From Leptospirillia bacterium (GTDB lineage Bacteria > Nitrospirota > JACRHL01), in contig JBHHVE010000007.1 of the NCBI GenBank assembly GCA_046754085.1, positions 26,964 to 90,963 of the forward strand: a stretch of DNA of 64,000 nucleotides, written 5' to 3'. Below the pieces are notes generated by a model, which saw nothing but the letters and a program-made list of their open reading frames with translations, was not told where the DNA came from and ran no database searches. Position 1 is the stretch's first letter. Each line of letters opens with the position of its first letter. Position numbers and translations under genes: made by a program. Shown piece after piece: positions 49,514 through 59,621 of this stretch.

Positions 49514-50581
49514 TTACATCCCCTCCTGGGCTTTTTGCACCCAGTCCCGGTGTTTCAGATACCAGTCCACCGTGCCATCAATGCCGGTTTCGAAGGTGTG
49601 GGAGGGCAGCCACCCCAACTCCCGCTCCATGCGGCCCGCGTCGATGGCGTAGCGCCGGTCGTGGCCGGGACGGTCCGTCACAAAGGAGATGAGCTCGCGG
49701 GAACCCGTGCTGCCGGTCTTGGCGTCAACCAGGTCGCACAGAATACCGGCGATATCGGTGTTGGCCCACTCGTTGTGGCCGCCGATATTGTAAACCTCAC
49801 CCACCTGCCCCGCCTCCAGCACCCGCAGAATGGCCTCCACATGGTCAATCACATAGAGCCAGTCGCGCACGTTCTTGCCGTCGCCGTACACCGGGATCGG
49901 CTTTTTCGCCAGTACCGACTCGATCACCACCGGGATGAATTTTTCCGGCAACTGGTAGGGGCCGTAGTTGTTGGAGCAGCGGGTGGTCACCACGGGAAAG
50001 CCATAGGTATGGAACCAGGAGCGCGCCAACAGGTCCGACGACGCCTTGCTGGCGGAGTACGGGCTGTTGGGGGCCAGCGGCGTCTCCTCGGTGAAATAGC
50101 CGGTGGGGCCGAGGGAACCGTACACTTCGTCGGTGGAGACATGCAGAAAACGCGTGTCGTCCCGCTCCCCCCAGGCGGCGCGGGCCGCTTCCAGCAGCAC
50201 GAAGGTGCCCTGCACGTTGGTGGTGACAAACGTCTCCGGGCCGGTAATGGAACGGTCCACATGGGACTCGGCGGCAAAGTGGACCACCCGGGTTGGCGGC
50301 GCAAACCCGGCCTGGTGGGTGACCGGGTGGCTGCCCGACATCAGTTGGTTCACCAACGTCACATCCCGGATATCACCACGCACGAACAGGTGGCGCATCG
50401 GGTCGGGCAGGTCCTCCAGGTTTTCCGGACGGCCCGCATAGGTTAAAAGATCCAGGTTGATGATCCGCACCTCCGGATCCACCGCAAGGGTATGGCGCAC
50501 GAAGTTGGACCCGATAAACCCGGCGCCGCCGGTGACCAGTATGACTTGTTCGCTCAAAGCGATCGTCTTTCGCCTAGGCAT
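49514..50581 (-). CDS. rfbB: dTDP-glucose 4,6-dehydratase
   Basis: ILVTGGAGFIGSNF, HFAAESHVDRS, STDEVYG, PYSASKA. ATG 50581 overlaps the rfbC stop by 8 nt. Confidence 0.95.
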   Translation of the reverse strand: MPRRKTIALSEQVILVTGGAGFIGSNFVRHTLAVDPEVRIINLDLLTYAGRPENLEDLPDPMRHLFVRGDIRDVTLVNQLMSGSHPVTHQAGFAPPTRVVHFAAESHVDRSITGPETFVTTNVQGTFVLLEAARAAWGERDDTRFLHVSTDEVYGSLGPTGYFTEETPLAPNSPYSASKASSDLLARSWFHTYGFPVVTTRCSNNYGPYQLPEKFIPVVIESVLAKKPIPVYGDGKNVRDWLYVIDHVEAILRVLEAGQVGEVYNIGGHNEWANTDIAGILCDLVDAKTGSTGSRELISFVTDRPGHDRRYAIDAGRMERELGWLPSHTFETGIDGTVDWYLKHRDWVQKAQEGM

Positions 50582-51131
50582 CAAAGGTAAACAGTTCGTC
50601 GTCCGGCACATTCGCAAGGGTGCGCGCCGCCCGATCCTTGTCGGACAGGACCGGATCCGACACCGGCCAGTCGATACCGATCGCGGGATCGCTCCATAAA
50701 ATACCGCGGTCCCCTTCCGGGTAGTAGATGTCGGTACATTTATAGATCACCTCGGCGCGCTCGCTGGTCACGCAGAAACCGTGGGCGAATCCCACCGGGA
50801 CATACAGCTGCATTCGGTTTTGCTCGGACAGGGTCACGCCGTACCATTGGCCGAATGTGGGCGAGCCTTTGCGGATGTCCACCGCCACATCGAAAATCTC
50901 TCCGAACACCACCCGCACCAGTTTGCCCTGGGGCCTGCCCAACTGGTAGTGCATTCCCCGCAGGGTGCCCTTCACGGAGGCGGAGTGGTTATCCTGGACG
51001 AAGACTGCCTCAATGCCACCTTCCCGATACTTTTCGGCGTGGTAGGTTTCCATGAAAAAACCACGGGCGTCGCCGAATACCGTGGGCTCCACCCGGATCA
51101 GGCCGGGCAGGGGCGTGGTGTGGAACTTCAT
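50574..51131 (-). CDS. rfbC: dTDP-4-dehydrorhamnose 3,5-epimerase
   Basis: [37 protein letters not shown]. Confidence 0.95.
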   Translation of the reverse strand: MKFHTTPLPGLIRVEPTVFGDARGFFMETYHAEKYREGGIEAVFVQDNHSASVKGTLRGMHYQLGRPQGKLVRVVFGEIFDVAVDIRKGSPTFGQWYGVTLSEQNRMQLYVPVGFAHGFCVTSERAEVIYKCTDIYYPEGDRGILWSDPAIGIDWPVSDPVLSDKDRAARTLANVPDDELFTFDA

Positions 51132-52012
51132 GCCCCGCCCTCTTCCCGGAGCAGATCGAGCAGATATCCGCCATAGCCGCTCTTGGCCAGTTCCCTGGCC
51201 TCCCCGCGGAGTTGGTCCGCAGTGATATAGCCCTTGCGGTAGGCGATCTCCTCGATACAGGCGATTTTCCAGCCCTGGCGGCTCTCCACCACCTCCACAT
51301 AGTTGGCGGCCTGGAGCAACGCCTCGTGGGTGCCGGTATCAAGCCAGGCGATACCACGGCCCAGGATCTCCACATGCAGTTTCCCGGCATTCAGATAGGT
51401 CTGGTTGACGTCGGTAATCTCCAGTTCGCCCCGAGGCGACGGCTTCAGGTTGGCGGCGATTTCAACCACCCGGTTGTCGTAGAAATAGATGCCGGGCACG
51501 GCATAGCGGGACTTGGGTTTTTCCGGCTTTTCCTCAATCGACACGGCCTGCCCGTTTGTATCAAAGCTGACCACGCCGTAACGCTCCGGATCCCGCACCC
51601 GGTAGGCGAACACGGTGCCGCCCTCCTCCCGCCCGGCGGCCCGCTGCAAGGACGGGATCAGGCCCTGCCCATAGAAGATGTTGTCCCCCAGGGCGAGGCA
51701 GACCCGATCATTTCCGATAAACTCACGGCCCAGCACAAACGCCTGCGCCAGTCCTTCGGGATTGGGTTGCGCCGTGTAAGTCAGGCGGATGCCATAGCGG
51801 CTGCCGTCCCCCAGCAGTTGCTCAAAACGGGGCAGGTCCTCGGGGGTGGAAATCACCATGATGTCGCGGATGCCGGTCAGCATCAGGGTGGACAGGGGGT
51901 AATAGATCATCGGCTTGTCGTACACCGGCATCAGTTGTTTGCTGACCGCACGGGTGAGTGGGTAGAGCCGCGTTCCCGAGCCTCCCGCCAGAATGATCCC
52001 TTTTACCGCCAT
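51128..52012 (-). CDS. rfbA: Glucose-1-phosphate thymidylyltransferase
   Basis: [46 protein letters not shown]. Confidence 0.95.
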   Translation of the reverse strand: MAVKGIILAGGSGTRLYPLTRAVSKQLMPVYDKPMIYYPLSTLMLTGIRDIMVISTPEDLPRFEQLLGDGSRYGIRLTYTAQPNPEGLAQAFVLGREFIGNDRVCLALGDNIFYGQGLIPSLQRAAGREEGGTVFAYRVRDPERYGVVSFDTNGQAVSIEEKPEKPKSRYAVPGIYFYDNRVVEIAANLKPSPRGELEITDVNQTYLNAGKLHVEILGRGIAWLDTGTHEALLQAANYVEVVESRQGWKIACIEEIAYRKGYITADQLRGEARELAKSGYGGYLLDLLREEGGA

Positions 52013-52022
52013 GTTACTCCTT

Positions 52023-52060
52023 CATAACCGCTTCGGACCGGCATAACCGCTTCGGACCGG
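52023..52060. repeat. Perfect 19-bp tandem duplication in the rfbA leader
   Basis: CATAACCGCTTCGGACCGG occurs twice back to back (52023-52041, 52042-52060). It lies immediately upstream, on the minus strand, of the AAGGAG RBS of rfbA. Confidence 0.95.
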
Positions 52061-52248
52061 ATGGCACGGGCCGCGCAAGCGCCCCACAGGATACCGCGAC
52101 AGTCGTTCGGAACCAACCCGGACCCGGTATAACCCGTGGTAACCCCGCGGTTTATAGGGGGTGCTTGCCTGCTCGGGATGTCCCGTCTATGATTCAGGCT
52201 GGAGCGTTTGTAGCCATTTATGGAGGGACCTGCCGCTTGGAAGGTGCC

Positions 52249-53544
52249 ATGTTCGAGGCGATGATCATTCTCGGCCTGATCATCGCCAATGGATTTTTTG
52301 CCTGTGCCGAGATCGCAATTATTTCCTCCCACAAGGTGCGCATGAAGCAGCTTGCGGACGAGGGAGATGCGGACGCTCGCCGTATTGTCTCCATGCACGC
52401 GGAGCCGGAACGGTTCCTCGCCACCGTGCAGGTGGGGATCACCGTGGTCGGCGCCTCCGCCGCCGCCATCGGTGGCGCCTCTGCCGGAGAACACCTTGAA
52501 CCGATACTGATCAGCGCCGCTAACCTGCCCCCGCCGATTGCCGAAATGGCCGCGATCGGGATCGTGGTGGTCACCATTTCGTACCTCTCCCTGGTGTTGG
52601 GCGAGCTGGTTCCAAAAGCCCTCGCCCTGCGCAATCCGGACGGTATCGCCCTCAAGTTCGGGCAGCCGATGTACCACATTTCCCGAATCGCCACCCCTTT
52701 TGCCCACATCCTGTCGGGCTCGACCACCATCGTCCTCAAGCTATTGCGTATCGACACCACCCCGCCGGAACGCATCGAAACCGAAGAGGACATCAAGCTG
52801 CTGCTGCGGGAAGGCCGGGAAAAAGGCGAGATCGAGGCGGGCGAGCAGGAGTTGATCCACAGCGTTTTCGAGTTCGCCGACGCCTACCTGAGGGAGGTGA
52901 TGGTGCCACGCCCGAAAATGTGTTCGGTGGACATCAGGATGCCACTGGAGGAGATACTCAACCTGATCGCCGAAAACATGCACGCCCGCTACCCGGTCTA
53001 CGATGGTGACAAGGTCTGCGGCATCCTGAACTACAAGGACCTGATCCAGCTGATGCGCGACCCGGAGGCGAAAAAGGGCGGCATCAAGAAAACGCTGCAC
53101 CCCCCCTATTTCGTCCCCGAAACCATGAAGGCGCTCAGGCTGTTAAAAGAACTTCAGCGCCGCAAAACCCAGATGGCGATCGTGGTCAACGAGTACGGCG
53201 ACGTGGCGGGACTGGTCACCGTGGTGGATATCATCGAGGAGATCGTCGGCGACATCCCGGACGAATATGATACCGACGACACCCGGGTGCAGCGCATGCG
53301 CGACGGCTCCCTGGTGGTCGACGCGGACACCAGCATCAGCGACCTGCTGGAAGACTTTTCCCTGAAAATACCCGAGTCCCCGGAGTACGAAACCCTGGGT
53401 GGCTTCATGCTCACCAAGCTTCAGGGCATCCCTCGGGGCGGCGAGGTGGTGCAACAGCCCCACCACAAGTTCACCATTGTCGATATGGACGGCATGCGCA
53501 TCGCGCGGGTCAAAATCGACGTGCTGCCGCAAAAAGCGGCCTAG
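52249..53544 (+). CDS. CNNM/TlyC-family protein (DUF21-CBS pair-CorC_HlyC)
   Basis: ATG 52249. Motifs: IIANGFFACAEIAIIS, GELVPKALA, VMVPRPKM, VVNEYGDVAGLVTVVDIIEEIVGDI. Confidence 0.88.
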   Translation: MFEAMIILGLIIANGFFACAEIAIISSHKVRMKQLADEGDADARRIVSMHAEPERFLATVQVGITVVGASAAAIGGASAGEHLEPILISAANLPPPIAEMAAIGIVVVTISYLSLVLGELVPKALALRNPDGIALKFGQPMYHISRIATPFAHILSGSTTIVLKLLRIDTTPPERIETEEDIKLLLREGREKGEIEAGEQELIHSVFEFADAYLREVMVPRPKMCSVDIRMPLEEILNLIAENMHARYPVYDGDKVCGILNYKDLIQLMRDPEAKKGGIKKTLHPPYFVPETMKALRLLKELQRRKTQMAIVVNEYGDVAGLVTVVDIIEEIVGDIPDEYDTDDTRVQRMRDGSLVVDADTSISDLLEDFSLKIPESPEYETLGGFMLTKLQGIPRGGEVVQQPHHKFTIVDMDGMRIARVKIDVLPQKAA

Positions 53545-53618
53545 CCCCGGAGCGCCGGGGATGGGGACCGAAGGCATACCCCCCTGTATGAGGCCTGCGG
53601 GGTGCAATCGGCGGTTTT

Positions 53619-54686
53619 TTACTTAATGACGGTGGCCTGCCCGCTCTTCCAGTTCGGTTCCGGCAGGGGGATCGGCGAGAAATCGGGATCGATCCGGTAG
53701 GCCTCGGCGAAGTCGGCGCGGGCCTTGGCAAACTCACCCATCTTGTAGCGGGTATACCCCAGGTAATAGCGCGCGTCCGGAGCCCCCGGGTGGGCCACGG
53801 CGGCAGCTTCCAGACGGGCCTCCGCAGTCCGCAGACGACCCTGGTAGTAGGCGGAAAGCCCGGCCTTCACGGTGGCGTCGGGGTGGCCCGGACCAATGGC
53901 TTCCACCTCTTCCATTTTGGCGGTCGGCTCCGGCGTGTCCGCGGTGACCGGTTTTTTGGCCACTTTAGCCTGCGCCATCGCCTTCTCAGCCGCCGCTTCC
54001 CTGGCGATGGCGGCGGCCGTCCGCTCCGCGGACTGACCAACCTTCCCGGCAACCTGTCCCACGGCACTGCCGAGGGCCTCTCCCATGGCATAGCCCATGG
54101 CCACACTGATGTCCTCCATCAGCATATCCATGGCTTCCGCCGCCATCCGTTCCTCTTCCGGGGTCGGGGTAAACACCTCACCCCGTGCCTTGGCCTCGTC
54201 CTCTTTCAGGGACAGGGCCTTCAAGGTCTTGCCGGCGCGAATCTTGGCACGCAGCCGCTCCTCGGTGGTGGCGGGGCTGATAAAGAACTGCTCCGGGCTG
54301 AGCCCCGGGGTGCCGTCAGCCTCCTCGGCAAAAATACGCTCGATGTCCCCGGCATCCAGGATCGGGGCGGACGTGGTGGCCACAGGCACCTTCATGGCCC
54401 CTTCCGGGAAGCCTCGGGCGGCCCCGAACGACCTGCCCATGGCATCCCGCATGGCCTTGGCGGAGGCCAGACTGGCGCGAATCTCCTCCTCGGTGGCGTC
54501 CTTTGGAATCCTGTCGAAATCCACATGGATGCCGGAGTTCTCGCCAAGTTCTTCGGCGACAATCTCCCGCATCCGCTCATCGGACACCGCGTACGCGATA
54601 TGCACAAGGCCCATCACGAGGCCGGCCACCAGGGCCAGAGGGAGGGTTCCGGAGGAGAGTAAGCGTAAGTACCGCATAGCCTTCAT
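53619..54686 (-). CDS. Membrane-anchored/secreted protein with a C-terminal TPR motif
   Basis: N-terminal hydrophobic segment, an Ala/Glu-rich middle, and a TPR-like YYLGYTRYKMGEFAKARADFAEAYRIDPDF. Confidence 0.6.
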   Translation of the reverse strand: MKAMRYLRLLSSGTLPLALVAGLVMGLVHIAYAVSDERMREIVAEELGENSGIHVDFDRIPKDATEEEIRASLASAKAMRDAMGRSFGAARGFPEGAMKVPVATTSAPILDAGDIERIFAEEADGTPGLSPEQFFISPATTEERLRAKIRAGKTLKALSLKEDEAKARGEVFTPTPEEERMAAEAMDMLMEDISVAMGYAMGEALGSAVGQVAGKVGQSAERTAAAIAREAAAEKAMAQAKVAKKPVTADTPEPTAKMEEVEAIGPGHPDATVKAGLSAYYQGRLRTAEARLEAAAVAHPGAPDARYYLGYTRYKMGEFAKARADFAEAYRIDPDFSPIPLPEPNWKSGQATVIK

Positions 54687-54803
54687 GGGTCGATCCTTCC
54701 TGCATGCCGCCCCGTACCGTCACGGGGGTCTCGCTCTTATCGGCCATCCGCGGGCCATCCTTGACCCGCCAATGCCACATATAAACTACCCGAAATCAGT
54801 GCG

Positions 54804-55286
54804 TTACGGCACCCATGGCAACGGTTTCGGGTCCGGCGGCCACCAACTGCGCCGGGATGACTCCCAATAGTCCCCCTCCATGGCCATGATCCGGCGCTCG
54901 AATGCGGCCACGTCGGCGATCTCTTCCGGGCTTAAACGCAGCAGGAATGCGGGCATGTTCTGTCGGCCGGAAGCCTTGCTCACGTAACCTTCGACAATGA
55001 CCCGGATGTGGTCTTCCACACTTAACTCGTCATAGCTTCGAAAACGTCTCGGATTCTCCTTCCCCAGCCCAAAATCCGTGGGCGGCTCCCCGGCGGCCTG
55101 ATCGCCGTGGCAGAAAATACACTGGCCCTGAAACACCGCCTGACCCCGCGCGGGGTCGCCGGTCAGGGCCAGAACCCCGGCCACCACCTGTTCCGGGTCG
55201 GGCAGGGAGGGTTCCGATGGCTCCGGGGAACAGGCGGCCAGCATCACACCCATGAGCCCCAGTACGGCACGGCGCATACCGCCCAT
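54804..55286 (-). CDS. Class I c-type cytochrome lipoprotein
   Basis: Lipobox GVMLAACS and a single CIFCH haem motif. Starts 3 nt after the pepP stop. Confidence 0.8.
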   Translation of the reverse strand: MGGMRRAVLGLMGVMLAACSPEPSEPSLPDPEQVVAGVLALTGDPARGQAVFQGQCIFCHGDQAAGEPPTDFGLGKENPRRFRSYDELSVEDHIRVIVEGYVSKASGRQNMPAFLLRLSPEEIADVAAFERRIMAMEGDYWESSRRSWWPPDPKPLPWVP

Positions 55287-55289
55287 ACG

Positions 55290-56609
<1,320 letters not shown>

Positions 56610-56720
56610 ACGTCCCCTCCGGTTCCCAATCGCCCGATTCTAGCATGGTGGTTTCCGCCACCCGCCGGGACGGCGTGCGTTGCGCGGTACCCCGCTTCCA
56701 CCGTATGATCGATCCAGGCT

Positions 56721-56891
56721 ATGTCGGAACCCGAAAAAAAGAAGCTGCCCCCAGGCCTGATCGTCGTGTTCGTGCTGCTCGGCGCCGTGTGCCTGGGCAT
56801 CGTGTTCTTCATGCAGCACGGGTTCTACCTGTTCAATACCTACCAGCCGACCGAGGAGCCCACCAGCCCTTCGATTCCCGGCTTTCCGTAA
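56721..56891 (+). CDS. Small (56-aa) single-TM protein
   Basis: Not in the ORF track (below the length cutoff). My translation is MSEPEKKKLPPGLIVVFVLLGAVCLGIVFFMQHGFYLFNTYQPTEEPTSPSIPGFP*. It ends 19 nt before the first Kelch gene. Confidence 0.45.
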   Translation: MSEPEKKKLPPGLIVVFVLLGAVCLGIVFFMQHGFYLFNTYQPTEEPTSPSIPGFP

Positions 56892-56910
56892 CCTTTCCGA
56901 GGTACATGTC

Positions 56911-57849
56911 ATGATCGGCTGGACCGATGTCGCCCCCCTGAACCATATTCGCTCTCACCCGGCCACCTGTGTCTGGCAGGGCAAGGTCTACGTGTTCGGC
57001 GGCGGCGGCGTCCGCTTCGCCAGCCTCAACACGGTGGAGTGCTACGACCCCCAGGCCGACCGCTGGGATCTGCTCACCCCCATGCCGACCCTGCGCTCCG
57101 GCGCCCACGCAGCGGTGGTGAATGGCAAAATCTACGTGGTGGGTGGCGGCTTCTGCCAGGACAACGGCAAGTTCCGCTTCCTGCCCACGGTGGAAATTTA
57201 CGACCCCGCAACCGACAGCTGGAGCGATGGCCCGGACATGGGCCAGCCCCACGACTACCCGGCACTGGCGGAGCTTGACGGCACCATCTACACCATCGCG
57301 GGCCACCATCCGGACGCCACCGAGGGCGGCCCCTCCACCGACCCGGCATTCTCCTATTCGGAAAAGCTGGCCCCGGGCGCGGCCGCCTGGGAGCAGATCG
57401 CCGACCTTCCGATCCCGCGCTTCGCCCCCATGGGGCTGACCTGGCAGGGCAAGGTGTGGGCCATTGGCGGCTGCCGCTACGTGGAAGAGGTGGACGGTGT
57501 CCGTGACTTCGACCGCATCGACATCTTCGACCCCGCCACCGGGACATGGTCGATGCCTGATTTCACCATGCCGTGGCCCGCTGCGGCTCACGGGGTATCG
57601 CGCCGGGGCGAATGGGTCTATGTGGTGGGCGGCTACTCCGGCCCCGCCATCCACGACCGTACCGTGCGCTTTAACGCCGACAACGGCGCATCGGAAGATC
57701 TGCCGTCCCTGAACGAGCCCCGCGCCGCCATGGGGTTGGAGATCATTGGCAACCACCTGCTCGCCATCGGCGGCTGGAAGGGCGACGGCCGCAGCGTCAC
57801 CGACCGGGTCGAGCGCCTCGACCTGCCCGCCGACCCCGGCAGTTTGTAA
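56911..57849 (+). CDS. Kelch-repeat beta-propeller protein (no signal peptide)
   Basis: Six repeats of the GKVYVFGGGG / YDP..D.W type. Confidence 0.8.
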   Translation: MIGWTDVAPLNHIRSHPATCVWQGKVYVFGGGGVRFASLNTVECYDPQADRWDLLTPMPTLRSGAHAAVVNGKIYVVGGGFCQDNGKFRFLPTVEIYDPATDSWSDGPDMGQPHDYPALAELDGTIYTIAGHHPDATEGGPSTDPAFSYSEKLAPGAAAWEQIADLPIPRFAPMGLTWQGKVWAIGGCRYVEEVDGVRDFDRIDIFDPATGTWSMPDFTMPWPAAAHGVSRRGEWVYVVGGYSGPAIHDRTVRFNADNGASEDLPSLNEPRAAMGLEIIGNHLLAIGGWKGDGRSVTDRVERLDLPADPGSL

Positions 57850-57874
57850 ACCCGGCCCCATCAGGGAAATCGCC

Positions 57875-58780
57875 TTGTCTTACTCCCAAGCCGCCCCCCT
57901 CACCGAGGCCCGCTCCCATTTCGCCACCGCCGTGGTGGACGGACGGATCTACGTGTTCGGTGGTGGCGGCACAAATTTCGAGAGCCTGGCCAGCGTCGAG
58001 ATGTACGACCCGGTAACCGACCACGGGCACCCGCGTGCCCCCATGCCCGCGCCGCGCACCGGCATCGCCGCGGCGGCGCGGGACGGCAAGGTGCTGGTGA
58101 TGGGCGGCGGATACAGAAACGACGACGGGACGTTTGATTTCAAGAGTGTGGTGGAAATCTACGACCCGGTGGCGGACACTTGGGAGAACGGCCCCTCCCT
58201 GCTGCAACGGCACGATGCCCCGGCGGCGCTGGAGCACGATGGGCACGTCTACCTGTTTGGCGGCCACCACCCGGAAGCCTCCGGCGGGCCGCTCATCGAC
58301 CCGGCCTTCGATTTTTGCGAGCTTCTGGACCAGGACGCAAAAAACTGGCAGGAAATCGCCCCGATGCCGACGCCGCGCTTTTCCCTGGTCGCCGTGGCCA
58401 TGCCGGATGGCATCTGGTGCATGGGCGGCGGTGCATTCCAGAACGGCGATTTTAACAACCTGGACGTGATCGAAGTGTACGACCCCCTGGGCAGCGTCTG
58501 GGGCGAAGCCCCCACCAAGTTGCCATGGGGCAGCGCCGGGCTTTACGCCGCCATGCACGGCAATGCGCTCTACGTGGCCGGAGGCAACGACGGTACCGAC
58601 ATCACTGCCAGGGCCGCCTGCTACATCCCGAGCGCCAATGTCTGGGAAGACATGCCCGATTTGCCGGAGGCCCGCGTCATGGGGGCCATGGCCTCGGTGG
58701 ACGGTGAACTTTTCTTAATGGGAGGGCGTGGGCCGGATGGCAAGTCGGTGGTGGATACCTGCTACCGACTGGATGATTAA
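57875..58780 (+). CDS. Kelch-repeat beta-propeller protein, tandem paralogue
   Basis: Collinear with the preceding gene (GRIYVFGGGG..VEMYDP.., VVEIYDPVADTW, HVYLFGGHHPEASGGPLIDPAF). The start is uncertain (TTG 57875 after AGGGAA). Confidence 0.75.
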   Translation: MSYSQAAPLTEARSHFATAVVDGRIYVFGGGGTNFESLASVEMYDPVTDHGHPRAPMPAPRTGIAAAARDGKVLVMGGGYRNDDGTFDFKSVVEIYDPVADTWENGPSLLQRHDAPAALEHDGHVYLFGGHHPEASGGPLIDPAFDFCELLDQDAKNWQEIAPMPTPRFSLVAVAMPDGIWCMGGGAFQNGDFNNLDVIEVYDPLGSVWGEAPTKLPWGSAGLYAAMHGNALYVAGGNDGTDITARAACYIPSANVWEDMPDLPEARVMGAMASVDGELFLMGGRGPDGKSVVDTCYRLDD

Positions 58781-58800
58781 GTCCTGATAACGCTCCGGAT

Positions 58801-59430
58801 TTAACCGTTGCGGGGCGTCCCCCGCATCAAGCCCACCATGATCCCTAAAATCCGCACCGGCTGGCTGCCGTCCAGCACGATCGGCGTATAGGCCGGGTTG
58901 GCGGGCACCAGGAGAATTTTTTCGCCGTCCTCCCGGTAGACCTTGAGGGTCACCTCGCCGTCCACCTCCGCTGCCACCACCTCCCCCGGATGGGCGGTCG
59001 CCTGAGGCCGGATTAAGACCGTGTCGCCCTCAACGATGTGCATGCCCTCCATGGAGTCGCCGGTGACTTCCAGGGCGAAGCAGTCGCGCTCGCCGAACAG
59101 GGCATGGGCGTCCACCGGCAGGTGCTCCACCGCGTCCGCATAGGCCGCCAACGGCCCGCCGGCGGCGATGCGGCCCAGCATGGGGACGCTGGCCGCATTC
59201 GCCCCCTTTTGCGCCGCGCCGTGCACCACTTCGATGCCCCGGCTCTTGCCCTCGCGCCGCCTGATGCGGCCCGCGCCCTCCAGCTTTTTGAGGTAGTCGG
59301 ACACGCTGCGGGTGGAGCGAATGCCACAGCCCTCGCCGATTTCCCGCATGGATGGCGGATGTCCGTGGGCGGCGGAAAAATCTTCGATGTAGCCTAAAAC
59401 CAGCCGCGCCTTGGGGGTGAGGGTATCCAT
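58801..59430 (-). CDS. lexA: LexA repressor
   Basis: ATG 59430. wHTH region, cleavage site RIAAGGP, catalytic GDSMEG and the TLKV lysine. Confidence 0.93.
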   Translation of the reverse strand: MDTLTPKARLVLGYIEDFSAAHGHPPSMREIGEGCGIRSTRSVSDYLKKLEGAGRIRRREGKSRGIEVVHGAAQKGANAASVPMLGRIAAGGPLAAYADAVEHLPVDAHALFGERDCFALEVTGDSMEGMHIVEGDTVLIRPQATAHPGEVVAAEVDGEVTLKVYREDGEKILLVPANPAYTPIVLDGSQPVRILGIMVGLMRGTPRNG

Positions 59431-59444
59431 GGGGGCGACCCTAA

Positions 59445-59458
59445 CAAACATCTGTTTG
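59445..59458. promoter_or_regulatory. Candidate LexA operator (CAAACA-N2-TGTTTG)
   Basis: Perfect 6+6 palindrome 15 nt upstream of the lexA ATG. AAAC-N4-GTTT resembles the GAAC-N4-GTTC Cheo-type SOS box rather than CTGT-N8-ACAG. Confidence 0.5.
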
Positions 59459-59621
59459 CACCGTCAAGGCGCGCGCTCCCCGGAATCTTGACCAGCCGCC
59501 AAACGCGGACGGATAATGCAGAAACAGCAGGCGTAACAGCCTGCCTGAAAAGCATTTTTAACGTACGACCCACTGAATATCCGGGAGCCGCATCCGGCCC
59601 CTGTCAGGAGAAACCCGCGCC

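Noticed and set aside
52013-52248. JUMPStart/ops (GGCGGTAG) element upstream of the rfb/glycan island
   Set aside because: I found no GGCGGTAG on the coding strand (CTACCGCC on the plus strand) in the leader.
53596-53621. GGTGCAATCGGCGGTTTTTTAC resembles the 3' end of the 125-nt repeat (GCAATCGGGCCGCT.TCG.CGGTTTTT)
   Set aside because: Only about 17 nt match. The partner arm and the core are absent. It could be a degraded remnant or chance, and there is not enough evidence to call a fourth copy.
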